The notes under the pieces were generated by a model. That model did not search any database. It had not been told where the DNA came from and saw only the letters and a list, made by a program, of their open reading frames with translations. Source: Eledone cirrhosa (Eukaryota). Taken from it: a stretch of 64,000 nt of DNA. Where the stretch lies: positions 137,268,001-137,332,000 of the forward strand of contig OZ024740.1 in NCBI GenBank assembly GCA_964016885.1. The letters run 5' to 3'. This document shows positions 1 through 13,300 of the stretch, in pieces (within the stretch, counting starts at the first letter, position 1; the number at the start of each line of letters is the position of its first letter). The position numbers were made by a program, and so were the translations under genes.

Positions 1-3000
1 CTTTCTCTTATCACTTTTCTCTCAATCTCCAACTCTCTCTTTCTCTTATCCCTTTTCTCTCAATCTCCAATTCTCTCTTTCACTTCTCACTTTTCTCTCA
101 ATCTCCAATCCTCTCTTTCTGTTCTCAGTTTTCCCCCAATCTCCAATTCTCTATTTCTCTTAGCACTTTTCTCTCAATCCCCCATTCTCTCTCTCTCTTA
201 TCACTTTTCTCTCAATCTCCAATTCTCTCTTTCTCTTATCACTTTTCTCTCAAACTCCAATTCTCTCTTTCTCTCATTACATTTCTCTCAATCTCCAATT
301 CTCTCTTTCTCTTATCAGTTTTCTCTCAATCTCCAATTCTCTCTTTCTCTTCTCACTTTTCCCCCAATCTCCAATTCTCTCTTTCTCTTATCACTTTTCT
401 CTCAATCTCCAATTCTCTCTTTCTCTTATCACTTTTCTCTCAATCTCCAACTCTCTCTTTCTCTTATCCCTTTTCTCTCAATCTCCAATTCTCTCTTTCT
501 CTTATCACTTTTCTCTCAATCTCCAATTCTCTCTTTCTCTTCACACTTTTCCCCCAATCTCCAATTCTCTCATTCTCTTCTCACTTTTCTCTCAATCTCC
601 AATCCTCTCTTTCTGTTCTCACTTTTCTCTCAATCTCCAATTCTCTCTTTCTCTTATCACTTTTCTCTCAATCTCCAATTCTCTCTTTCTCTTATCACTT
701 TTCTCTCAATCTCCAATTCTCTCTTTCTCTTATCAGTTTTCTCTCAATCTGCAATTCTCTCTTTCTCTTATCACTTTTCTCTCAATCTCCAATTCTCTCT
801 TTCTCTTCTCACTTTTCCCCTAATCTCCAAATCTCTCTTTCTCTTATCACTTTTCTCTCAATCTCCCATTCTCTCTCTCTCTTATCACTTTTCTCTCAAT
901 CTCCAATTCTCTCTTTCTCTTATCCATTTTCTCTCAATCTGCAATTCTCTCTTTCTTTTCTCACTTTTCCCCCAATCTCCAATTCTCTCTTTCTCTTCAC
1001 ACTTTTCCCCCAATCTCCAATTCTCTCATTCTCTTCTCACTTTTCTCTCAATCTCCAATCCTCTCTTTCTGTTCTCACTTTTCTCTCAATCTCCAATTCT
1101 CTCTTTCTCTTATCACTTTTCTCTCAATCTCCAATTCTCTCTTTCTCTTATCACTTTTCTCTCAATCTCCAATTCTCTCTTTCTCTTATCAGTTTTCTCT
1201 CAATCTGCAATTCTCTCTTTCTCTTATCACTTTTCTCTCAATCTCCAATTCTCTCTTTCTCTTCTCACTTTTCCCCTAATCTCCAAATCTCTCTTTCTCT
1301 TATCACTTTTCTCTCAATCTCCAATTCTCTCTTTCTCTTATCACTTTTCTCTCAATCTCCAATTCTCTCTTTCTCTCATCCATTTTCTCTCAATCTGCAA
1401 TTCTCTCTTTCTTTTCTCACTTTTCTCTCAATCTCCAATTCTCTCTTTCTCTTCACACTTTTCCCCTAATCTCCAATTCTCTCATTCTCTTCACACTTTT
1501 CCCCCAATCTCCAATTCTCTCTTTCTCTTCTCACTTTTCTCTCAATCTCCAATCCTCTCTTTCTGTTCTCAGTTTTCCCCCAATCTCCAATTCTCTATTT
1601 CTCTTAGCACTTTTCTCTCAATCCCCCATTCTCTCTCTCTCTCTTATCACTTTTCTCTCAATCTCCAATTCTCTCTTTCTCTTATCACTTTTCTCTCAAT
1701 CTCCAATTCTCTCTTTCTCTTATCAGTTTTCTCTCAATCTGCAATTCTCTCTTTCTCTTATCACTTTTCTCTCAATCTCCAATTCTCTCTTTCTCTTATC
1801 CATTTTCTCTCAATCTCCAATTCTCTCTTTCTCTTATCAGTTTTCTCTCAATCTGCAATTCTCTCTTTCTCTTATCACTTTTCTCTCAATCTCCAATTCT
1901 CTCTTTCTCTTCTCACTTTTCCCCTAATCTCCAATTCCCTCTTTCTCTTATCACTTTTCTCTCAATCTCCAATTCTCTCTTTCTCTTATCACTTTTCTCT
2001 CAATCTCAATACTCTCTTTCTCTTATCACTTTTCTCTCAATCTCCAATTCTCTCTTTCTCTTATCCATTTTCTCTCAATCTGCAATTCTCTCTTTCTCTT
2101 CTCACTTTTCCCCTAATCTCCAATTCCCTCTTTCTCTTATCACTTTTCTCTCAATCTCCAATTCTCTCTTTCTCTTATCACTTTTCTCTCAATCTCAATA
2201 CTCTCTTTCTCTTATCACTTTTCTCTCAATCTGCAATTCTCTCTTTCTTTTCTCACTTTTCCCCCAATCTCCAATTCTCTCTTTCTCTTCACACTTTCCC
2301 CCCAATCTCCAATTCTCTCTTTCTCTTCACACTTTTCCCCCAATCTCCAATTCTCTCTTTCTCTTCTCACTTTTCTCTCAATCTCCAATTCTCTCTTTCT
2401 CTTATCACTTTTCTCTCAATCTCCAATTCTTTCTTTCTCTTATCACTTTTCTCTCAATCTCCAACTCTCTCTTTCTCTTATCCCTTTTCTCTCAATCTCC
2501 AATTCTCTCTTTCTCTTCTCACTTTTCTCTCAATCTCCAATCCTCTCTTTCTGTTCTCAGTTTTCCCCCAATCTCCAATTCTCTATTTCTCTTAGCACTT
2601 TTCTCTCAATCCCCCATTCTCTCTCTCTCTTATCACTTTTCTCTCAATCTCCAATTCTCTCTTTCTCTTATCACTTTTCTCTCAAACTCCAATTCTCTCT
2701 TTCTCTCATCACATTTCTCTCAATCTCCAATTCTCTCTTTCTCTTATCAGTTTTCTCTCAATCTCCAATTCTCTCTTTCTCTTCTCACTTTTCCCCCAAT
2801 CTCCAATTCTCTCTTTCTCTTATCACTTTTCTCTCAATCTCCAATTCTCTCTTTCTCTTATCACTTTTCTCTCAATCTCCAACTCTCTCTTTCTCTTATC
2901 CCTTTTCTCTCAATCTGCAATTCTCTCTTTCTCTTATCACTTTTCTCTCAATCTCCAATTCTCTCTTTCTCTTCACACTTTTCCCCCAATCTCCAATTCT

Positions 3001-6000
3001 CTCATTCTCTTCTCACTTTTCTCTCAATCTCCAATCCTCTCTTTCTGTTCTCACTTTTCTCTCAATCTCCAATTCTCTCTTTCTCTTATCACTTTTCTCT
3101 CAATCTCCAATTCTCTCTTTCTCTTATCACTTTTCTCTCAATCTCCAATTCTCTCTTTCTCTTATCAGTTTTCTCTCAATCTGCAATTCTCTCTTTCTCT
3201 TATCACTGTTCTCTCAATCTCCAATTCTCTCTTTCTCTTCTCACTTTTCCCCTAATCTCCAAATCTCTCTTTCTCTTATCACTTTTCTCTCAATCTCCAA
3301 TTCTCTCTTTCTCTTATCACTTTTCTCTCAATCTCCAATTCTCTCTTTCTCTCATCCATTTTCTCTCAATCTGCAATTCTCTCTTTCTTTTCTCACTTTT
3401 CCCCCAATCTCCAATTCTCTCTTTCTCTTCACACTTTTCCCCTAATCTCCAATTCTCTCATTCTCTTCACACTTTTCCCCCAATCTCCAATTCTCTCTTT
3501 CTCTTCTCACTTTTCTCTCAATCTCCAATCCTCTCTTTCTGTTCTCAGTTTTCCCCCAATCTCCAATTCTCTATTTCTCTTAGCACTTTTCTCTCAATCC
3601 CCCATTCTCTCTCTCTCTTATCACTTTTCTCTCAATCTCCAATTCTCTCTTTCTCTTCTCACTTTTCTCTCAATCTCCAATTCTCTCTTTCTCTTCTCAC
3701 TTTTCTCTCAATCTCCAATTCTCTCTTTCTCTTATCACTTTTCTCTCAATCTCCAATTCTCTCTTTCTCTTATCACTTTTCTCTCAATCTCCAATTCTCT
3801 CTTTCTCTTATCAGTTTTCTCTCAATCTGCAATTCTCTCTTTCTCTTATCACTTTTCTCTCAATCTCCAATTCTCTCTTTCTCTTCTCACTTTTGCCCTA
3901 ATCTCCAAATCTCTCTTTCTCTTATCACTTTTCTCTCAATCTCCAATTCTCTCTTTCTCTTATCACTTTTCTCTCAATCTCCAATTCTCTCTTTCTCTCA
4001 TCCATTTTCTCTCAATCTGCAATTCTCTCTTTCTTTTCTCACTTTTCCCCCAATCTCCAATTCTCTCTTTCTCTTCACACTTTTCCCCTAATCTCCAATT
4101 CTCTCATTCTCTTCACACTTTTCCCCCAATCTCCAATTCTCTCTTTCTCTTCTCACTTTTCTCTCAATCTCCAATCCTCTCTTTCTGTTCTCAGTTTTCC
4201 CCCAATCTCCAATTCTCTATTTCTCTTAGCACTTTTCTCTCAATCCCCCATTCTCTCTCTCTCTTATCACTTTTCTCTCAATCTCCAATTCTCTCTTTCT
4301 CTTCTCACTTTTCTCTCAATCTCCAATTCTCTCTTTCTCTTCTCACTTTTCTCTCAATCTCCAATTCTCTCTTTCTCTTATCACTTTTCTCTCAATCTCC
4401 AATTCTCTCTTTCTCTTATCACTTTTCTCTCAATCTCCAATTCTCTCTTTCTCTTATCAGTTTTCTCTCAATCTGCAATTCTCTCTTTCTCTTATCACTT
4501 TTCTCTCAATCTCCAATTCTCTCTTTCTCTTCTCACTTTTCCCCTAATCTCCAATTCCCTCTTTCTCTTATCACTTTTCTCTCAATCTCAATACTCTCTT
4601 TCTCTTATCACTTTTCTCTCAATCTCCAATTCTCTCTTTCTCTTATCCATTTTCTCTCAATCTGCAATTCTCTCTTTCTTTTCTCACTTTTCCCCCAATC
4701 TCCAATTCTCTCTTTCTCTTCACACTTTCCCCCCAATCTCCAATTCTCTCTTTCTCTTCACACTTTTCCCCCAATCTCCAATTCTCTCTTTCTCTTCTCA
4801 CTTTTCTCTCAATCTCCAATTCTCTCTTTCTCTTATCACTTTTCTCTCAATCTCCAATTCTTTCTTTCTCTTATCACTTTTCTCTCAATCTCCAACTCTC
4901 CCTTTCTCTTATCCCTTTTCTCTCAATCTCCAATTCTCTCTTTCTCTTCTCACTTTTCTCTCAATCTCCAATCCTCTCTTTCTGTTCTCAGTTTTCCCCC
5001 AATCTCCAATTCTCTATTTCTCTTAGCACTTTTCTCTCAATCCCCCTTCTCTCTCTCTCTTATCACTTTTCTCTCAATCTCCAATTCTCTCTTTCTCTTA
5101 TCACTTTTCTCTCAAACTCCAATTCTCTCTTTCTCTCATCACATTTCTCTCAATCTCCAATTCTCTCTTTCTCTTATCAGTTTTCTCTCAATCTCCAATT
5201 CTCTCTTTCTCTTCTCACTTTTCCCCCAATCTCCAATTCTCTCTTTCTCTTATCACTTTTCTCTCAATCTCCAATTCTCTCTTTCTCTTATCACTTTTCT
5301 CTCAATCTCCAATTCTCTCTTTCTCTTATCCCTTTTCTCTCAATCTCCAATTATCTCTTTCTCTTATCACTTTTCTCTCAATCTCCAATTCTCTCTTTCT
5401 CTTCTCATTTTCCCCCAATCTCCAATTCTCTTCTTCTCTTTACACTTTTCCCCAACCTCCAATTCTCTCTTTCTCTTATCTTTTTTCTCTCAATCTCCAA
5501 TTCTCTCTTTCCCTTCTCACTTTTCTCTCAATCTCCAATTCTCTCTTTCTCTTCTCACTTTTCTCTCAATCTCCAATCCTCTCTTTCTGTTCTCAGTTTT
5601 CCCCAAATCTCCAATTCTCTCTTTCTCTTATCACTTTTCTCTCAATCTCCCATTCTCTCTCTCTCTTATCACTTTTCTCTCAATCTCCAATTCTCTCTTT
5701 CTCTTATCCATTTTCTCTCAATCTGCAATTCTCTCTTTCTTTTCTCACTTTTCCCCCAATCTCCAATTCTCTCTTTCTCTTCACACTTTTCCCCCAATCT
5801 CCAATTCTCTCATTCTCTTCACACTTTTCTCTCAATCTCCAATCCTCTCTTTCTCTTCACACTTTTCTCTCAATCTCCAATTCTCTCTTTCTGTTCTCAG
5901 TTTTCCCCCAATCTCCAATTCTCTATTTCTCTTAGCACTTTTCTCTCAATCCCCCATTCTCTCCCCCTCTTATCACTTTTCTCTCAATCTCCAATTCTCT

Positions 6001-9000
6001 CTTTCTCTTATCACTTTTCTCTCAATCTCCAATTCTCTCTTTCTCTTATCACTTTTCTCTCAATCTCCAATTCTCTCTTTCTCTTATCAGTTTTCTCTCA
6101 ATCTGCAATTCTCTCTTTCTCTTATCACTTTTCTCTCAATCTCCAATTCTCTCTTTCTCTTCTCACTTTTCCCCTAATCTCCAATTCTCTCTTTCTCTTA
6201 TCACTTTTCTCTCAATCTCCAATTCTCTCTTTCTCTTATCACTTTTCTCTCAATCTCCAATACTCTCTTTCTCTTATCACTTTTCTCTCAATCTCCAATT
6301 CTCTCTTTCTCTTATCACTTTTCTCTCAATCTCCAATTCTCTATTTCTCTCATCCATTTTCTCTCAATCTGCAATTCTCTCTTTCTTTTCTCACTTTTCC
6401 CCCAATCTCCAATTCTCTCTTTCTCTTCACACTTTTCCCCCAATCTCCAATTCTCTCATTCTCTTCACACTTTTCCCCCAATCTCCAATTCTCTCTTTCT
6501 CTTCTCACTTTTCTCTCAATCTCCAATCCTCTCTTTCCGTTCTCAGTTTTCCCCCAATCTCCAATTCTCTATTTCTCTTAGCACTTTTCTCTCAATCCCC
6601 CATTCTCTCTCTCTCTTATCACTTTTCTCTAAATCTCCAATTCTCTCTTTCTCTTCTCACTTTTCTCTCAATCTCCAATTCTCTCTTTCTCTTATTACTT
6701 TTCTCTCAATCTCCAATTCTCTCTTTCTCTTATCACTTTTCTCTCAATCTCCAATTCTCTCTTTCTCATATCAGTTTTCTCTCAATCTGCAATTCTCTCT
6801 TTCTCTTATCACTTTTCTCTCAATCTCCAATTCTCTCTTTCTCTTCTCACTTTTCCCCTAATCTCCAATTCTCTCTTTCTCTTATCACTTTTCTCTCAAT
6901 CTCCATTTCTCTCTTTCTCTTATCACTTTTCTCTCAATCTCAATTCTCTCTTTCTCTTATCACTTTTCCCCCAATCTCCAATTCTCTCTTTCTCTTCACA
7001 CTTTTCCCCTAAACTCCAATTCTCTCATTCTCTTCACACTTTTCCCCCAATCTCCAATTCTCTCTTTCTCTTCTCACTTTTCTCTCAATCTCCAATCCTC
7101 TCTTTCTGTTCTCAGTTTTCCCCCAATCTCCAATTCTCTATTTCTCTTAGCACTTTTCTCTCAATCCCCCATTCTCTCTCTCTCTTATCACTTTTCTCTC
7201 AATCTCCAATTCTCTCTTTCTCTTCTCACTTTTCTCTCAATCTCCAATTCTCTCTTTCTCTTCTCACTTTTCTCTCAATCTCCAATTCTCTCTTTCTCTT
7301 ATCACTTTTCTCTCAATCTCCAATTCTCTCTTTCTCTTATCACTTTTCTCTCAATCTCCAATTCTCTCTTTCTCTTATCAGTTTTCTCTCAATCTGCAAT
7401 TCTCTCTTTCTCTTATCACTTTTCTCTCAATCTCCAATTCTCTCTTTCTCTTCTCACTTTTCCCCTAATCTCCAATTCCCTCTTTCTCTTATCACTTTTC
7501 TCTCAATCTCCAATTCTCTCTTTCTCTTATCACTTTTCTCTCAATCTCAATACTCTCTTTCTCTTATCACTTTTATCTCAATCTCCAATTCTCTCTTTCT
7601 CTTATCCATTTTCTCTCAATCTGCAATTCTCTCTTTCTTTTCTCACTTTTCCTCCAATCTCCAATTCTCTCTTTCTCTTCACACTTTCCCCCCAATCTCC
7701 AATTCTCTCTTTCTCTTCACACTTTTCCCCCAATCTCCAATTCTCTCTTTCTCTTCTCACTTTTCTCTCAATCTCCAATTCTCTCTTTCTCTTATCACTT
7801 TTCTCTCAATCTCCAATTCTTTCTTTCTCTTATCACTTTTCTCTCAATCTCCAACTCTCTCTTTCTCTTATCCCTTTTCTCTCAATCTCCAATTCTCTCT
7901 TTCTCTTCTCACTTTTCTCTCAATCTCCAATCCTCTCTTTCTGTTCTCAGTTTTCCCCCAATCTCCAATTCTCTATTTCTCTTAGCACTTTTCTCTCAAT
8001 CCCCCATTCTCTCTCTCTCTTATCACTTTTCTCTCAATCTCCAATTCTCTCTTTCTCTTATCACTTTTCTCTCAAACTCCAATTCTCTCTTTCTCTCATC
8101 ACATTTCTCTCAATCTCCAATTCTCTCTTTCTCTTATCAGTTTTCTCTCAATCTCCAATTCTCTCTTTCTCTTCTCACTTTTCCCCCAATCTCCAATTCT
8201 CTCTTTCTCTTATCACTTTTCTCTCAATCTCCAATTCTCTCTTTCTCTTATCACTTTTCTCTCAATCTCCAATTCTCTCTTTCTCTTATCACTTTTCTCT
8301 CAATCTCCAACTCTCTCTTTCTCTTATCCCTTTTCTCTCAATCTCCAATTATCTCTTTCTCTTATCACTTTTCTCTCAATCTCCAATTCTCTCTTTCTCT
8401 TCTCATTTTCCCCCAATCTCCAATTCTCTTTTTCTCTTTACACTTTTCCCCAACCTCCAATTCTCTCTTTCTCTTATCTTTTTTCTCTCAATCTCCAATT
8501 CTCTCTTTCCCTTCTCACTTTTCTCTCAATCTGCAATTCTCTCTTTCTTTTCTCACTTTTCCATCCAATCTCCAATTCTCTCTTTCTCTTCACACTTTTC
8601 CCCCAATCTCCAATTCTCTCATTCTCTTCACACTTTTCTCTCAATCTCCAATCCTCTCTTTCTGTTCTCAGTTTTCCCCCAATCTCCAATTCTCTCTTTC
8701 TCTTCACACTTTTCCCCCAATCTCCAATTCTCTCATTCTCTTCACACTTTTCTCTCAATCTCCAATCCTCTCTTTCTGTTCTCAGTTTTCCCCCAATCTC
8801 CAATTCTCTCTTTCTCTTAGCACTTTTCTCTCAATCCCCCATTCTCTCCCCCTCTTATCACTTTTCTCTCAATCTCCAATTCTCTCTTTCTCTTATCACT
8901 TTTCTCTCAATCTCCAATTCTCTCTTTCTCTTATCACTTTTCTCTCAATCTCCAATTCTCTCTTTCTCTTCTCACTTTTCCCCTAATCTCCAATTCTCTC

Positions 9001-12000
9001 TTTCTCTTATCACTTTTCTCTCAATCTCCAATTCTCTCTTTCTCTTATCCCTTTTCTCTCAATCTCCAATTCTCTATTTCTCTTATCCATTTTCTCTCAA
9101 TCTGCAATTCTCTCTTTCTTTTCTCACTTTTCCCCCAATCTCCAATTCTCTCTTTCTCTTCACACTTTTCCCCCAATCTCCAATTCTCTCATTCTCTTCA
9201 CACTTTTCCCCCAATCTCCAATTCTCTCTTTCTCTTCTCACTTTTCTCTCAATCTCCAATCCTCTCTTTCTGTTCTCAGTTTTCCCCCAATCTCCAATTC
9301 TCTATTTCTCTTATTACTTTTCTCTCAATCTCCAATTCTCTCTTTCTCTTATCACTTTTCTCTCAATCTCCAATTCTCTCTTTCTCATATCAGTTTTCTC
9401 TCAATCTGCAATTCTCTCTTTCTCTTATCACTTTTCTCTCAATCTCCAATTCTCTCTTTCTCTTCTCACTTTTCCCCTAATCTCCAATTCTCTCTTTCTC
9501 TTATCACTTTTCTCTCAATCTCCATTTCTCTCTTTCTCTTATCACTTTTCTCTCAATCTCAATTCTCTCTTTCTCTTATCACTTTTCTCTCAATCTCCAA
9601 TTCTCTCTTTCTCTTCTCACTTTTCCCCTAATCTCCAATTCTCTCTTTCTCTTATCACTTTTCTCTCAATCTCCATTTCTCTCTTTCTCTTATCACTTTT
9701 CTCTCAATCTCAATTCTCTCTTTCTCTTATCACTTTTCCCCCAATCTCCAATTCTCTCTTTCTCTTCACACTTTTCCCCTAATCTCCAATTCTCTATTTC
9801 TCTTCACACTTTTCCCCCAATCTCCAATTCTCTCTTTCTCTTCTCACTTTTCTCTCAATCTCCAATCCTCTCTTTCTGTTCTCAGTTTTCCCCCAATCTC
9901 CAATTCTCTATTTCTCTTAGCACTTTTCTCTCAATCCCCCATTCTCTCTCTCTCTTATCACTTTTCTCTCAATCTCCAATTCTCTCTTTCTCTTCTCACT
10001 TTTCTCTCAATCTCCAATTCTCTCTTTCTCTTCTCACTTTTCTCTCAATCTCCAATTCTCTCTTTCTCTTATCACTTTTCTCTCAATCTCCAATTCTCTC
10101 TTTCTCTTATCACTTTTCTCTCAATCTCCAATTCTCTCTTTCTCTTATCAGTTTTCTCTCAATCTGCAATTCTCTCTTTCTCTTATCACTTTTCTCTCAA
10201 TCTCCAATTCTCTCTTTCTCTTCTCACTTTTCCCCTAATCTCCAATTCCCTCTTTCTCTTATCACTTTTCTCTCAATCTCCAATTCTCTCTTTCTCTTAT
10301 CACTTTTCTCTCAATCTCAATACTCTCTTTCTCTTATCACTTTTCTCTCAATCTCCAATTCTCTCTTTCTCTTATCCATTTTCTCTCAATCTGCAATTCT
10401 CTCTTTCTTTTCTCACTTTTCCCCCAATCTCCAATTCTCTCTTTCTCTTCACACTTTCCCCCCAATCTCCAATTCTCTCTTTCTCTTCACACTTTTCCCC
10501 CAATCTCCAATTCTCTCTTTCTCTTCTCACTTTTCTCTCAATCTCCAATTCTCTCTTTCTCTTATCACTTTTCTCTCAATCTCCAATTCTTTCTTTCTCT
10601 TATCACTTTTCTCTCAATCTCCAACTTTCTCTTTCTCTTATCCCTTTTCTCTCAATCTCCAATTCTCTCTTTCTCTTCTCACTTTTCTCTCAATCTCCAA
10701 TCCTCTCTTTCTGTTCTCAGTTTTCCCCCAATCTCCAATTCTCTATTTCTCTTAGCACTTTTCTCTCAATCCCCCATTCTCTCTCTCTCTTATCACTTTT
10801 CTCTCAATCTCCAATTCTCTCTTTCTCTTATCACTTTTCTCTCAAACTCCAATTCTCTCTTTCTCTCATCACATTTCTCTCAATCTCCAATTCTCTCTTT
10901 CTCTTATCAGTTTTCTCTCAATCTCCAATTCTCTCTTTCTCTTCTCACTTTTCCCCCAATCTCCAATTCTCTCTTTCTCTTATCACTTTTCTCTCAATCT
11001 CCAATTCTCTCTTTCTCTTATCACTTTTCTCTCAATCTCCAATTCTCTCTTTCTCTTATCACTTTTCTCTCAATCTCCAACTCTCTCTTTCTCTTATCCC
11101 TTTTCTCTCAATCTCCAATTCTCTCTTTCTCTTATCAGTTTTCTCTCAATCTCCAATTCTCTCTTTCTCTTCTCACTTTTCCCCCAATCTCCAATTCTCT
11201 CTTTCTCTTATCTTTTTTCTCTCAATCTCCAATTCTCTCTTTCCCTTCTCACTTTTCTCTCAATCTCCAATTCTCTCTTTCTCTTCTCACTTTTCTCTCA
11301 ATCTCCAATCCTCTCTTTCTGTTCTCAGTTTTCCCCAAATCTCCAATTCTCTCTTTCTCTTATCACTTTTCTCTCAATCTCCCATTCTCTCTCTCTCTTA
11401 TCACTTTTCTCTCAATCTCCAATTCTCTCTTTCTCTTATCCATTTTCTCTCAATCTGCAATTCTCTCTTTCTTTTCTCACTTTTCCCCCAATCTCCAATT
11501 CTCTCTTTCTCTTCACACTTTTCCCCCAATCTCCAATTCTCTCATTCTCTTCACACTTTTCTCTCAATCTCCAATCCTCTCTTTCTGTTCTCAGTTTTCC
11601 CCCAATCTCCAATTCTCTATTTCTCTTAGCACTTTTCTCTCAATCCCCCATTCTCTCCCCCTCTTATCACTTTTCTCTCAATCTCCAATTCTCTCTATCT
11701 CTTATCACTTTTCCCTCAATCTCCAATTCTCTCTTTCTCTTATCACTTTTCTCTCAATCTCCAATTCTCTCTTTCTCTTATCAGTTTTCTCTCAATCTGC
11801 AATTCTCTCTTTCTCTTATCACTTTTCTCTCAATCTCCAATTCTCTCTTTCTCTTCTCACTTTTCCCCTAATCTCCAATTCTCTCTTTCTCTTATCACTT
11901 TTCTCTCAATCTCCAATTCTCTCTTTCTCTTATCACTTTTCTCTCAATCTCCAATTCTCTATTTCTCTTATCCATTTTCTCTCAATCTGCAATTCTCTCT

Positions 12001-13300
12001 TTCTTTTCTCACTTTTCCCCAAATCTCCAATTCTCTCTTTCTCTTCACACTTTTCCCCCAATCTCCAATTCTCTCATTCTCTTCACACTTTTCCCCCAAT
12101 CTCCAATTCTCTCTTTCTCTTCTCACTTTTCTCTCAATCTCCAATCCTCTCTTTCTGTTCTCAGTTTTCCCCCAATCTCCTATTCTCTATTTCTCTTAGC
12201 ACTTTTCTCTCAATCCCCCATTCTCACTCTCTCTTATCACTTTTCTCTAAATCTCCAATTCTCTCTTTCTCTTATTACTTTTCTCTCAATCTCCAATTCT
12301 CTCTTTCTCTTATCACTTTTCTCTCAATCTCCAATTCTCTCTTTCTCATATCAGTTTTCTCTCAATCTGCAATTCTCTCTTTCTCTTATCACTTTTCTCT
12401 CAATCTCCAATTCTCTCTTTCTCTTCTCACTTTTCCCCTAATCTCCAATTCTCTCTTTCTCTTATCACTTTTCTCTCAATCTCCATTTCTCTCTTTCTCT
12501 TATCACTTTTCTCTCAATCTCAATTCTCTCTTTCTCTTATCACTTTTCTCTCAATCTCCAATTCTCTCTTTCTCTTATCCATTTTCTCTCAATCTGCAAT
12601 TCTCTCTTTCTTTTCTCACTTTTCCCCCAATCTCCAATTCTCTCTTTCTCTTCACACTTTTCCCCCAATCTCCAATTCTCTCTTTCTCTTCACACTTTTC
12701 CCCCAATCTCCAATTCTCTCTTTCTCTTCTCACTTTTCTCTCAATCTCCAATTCTCTCTTTCTCTTATCACTTTTCTCTCAATCTCCAATTCTTTCTTTC
12801 TCTTATCACTTTTCTCTCAAGCTCCAACTCTCTCTTTCTCTTATCCCTTTTCTCTCAATCTCCAATTCTCTCTTTCTCTTTTCACTTTTCTCTCAATCTC
12901 CAATCCTCTCTTTCTGTTCTCAGTTTTCCCCCAATCTCCAATTCTCTCTTTCTCTTCACACTTTTCCCCCAATCTCCAATTCTCTCTTTCTCTTCACACT
13001 TTTCCCCCAATCTCCAATTCTCTCTTTCTCTTCTCACTTTTCTCTCAATCTCCAATTCTCTCTTTCTCTTATCACTTTTCTCTCAATCTCCAATTCTTTC
13101 TTTCTCTTATCACTTTTCTCTCAAGCTCCAACTCTCTCTTTCTCTTATCACTTTTCTCTCAATCTCCAATTCTCTCTTTCTCTTATCACTTTTCTCTCAA
13201 ACTGCAATTCTCTCTTTCTCTCATCACATTTCTCTCAATCTCCAATTCTCTCTTTCTCTTATCAGTTTTCTCTCAATCTGCAATTCTCTCTTTCTCTTAT
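1..13300 (+). repeat. Left satellite domain (A): irregular higher-order cycles with many short local duplications
   Basis: TAGCAC spacings are irregular (1444, 988, 988, 646, 797, 909, 646, 569, 835, 835, 1100, 835, 874, 570). Domain-private linked variants CCAATTCCCTC and ATCTCAATACTC occur near 1936, 2126, 4556, 7476 and 10246. Confidence 0.75.

Noticed and set aside
8474-8803. Minus-strand 109-aa E/R/K-rich ORF with an internal repeat
   Set aside because: It exists only because a 114-bp local duplication lengthens a run of monomers lacking the TGATAA stops. It has no ATG start, and its composition is dictated by the GA-rich strand.
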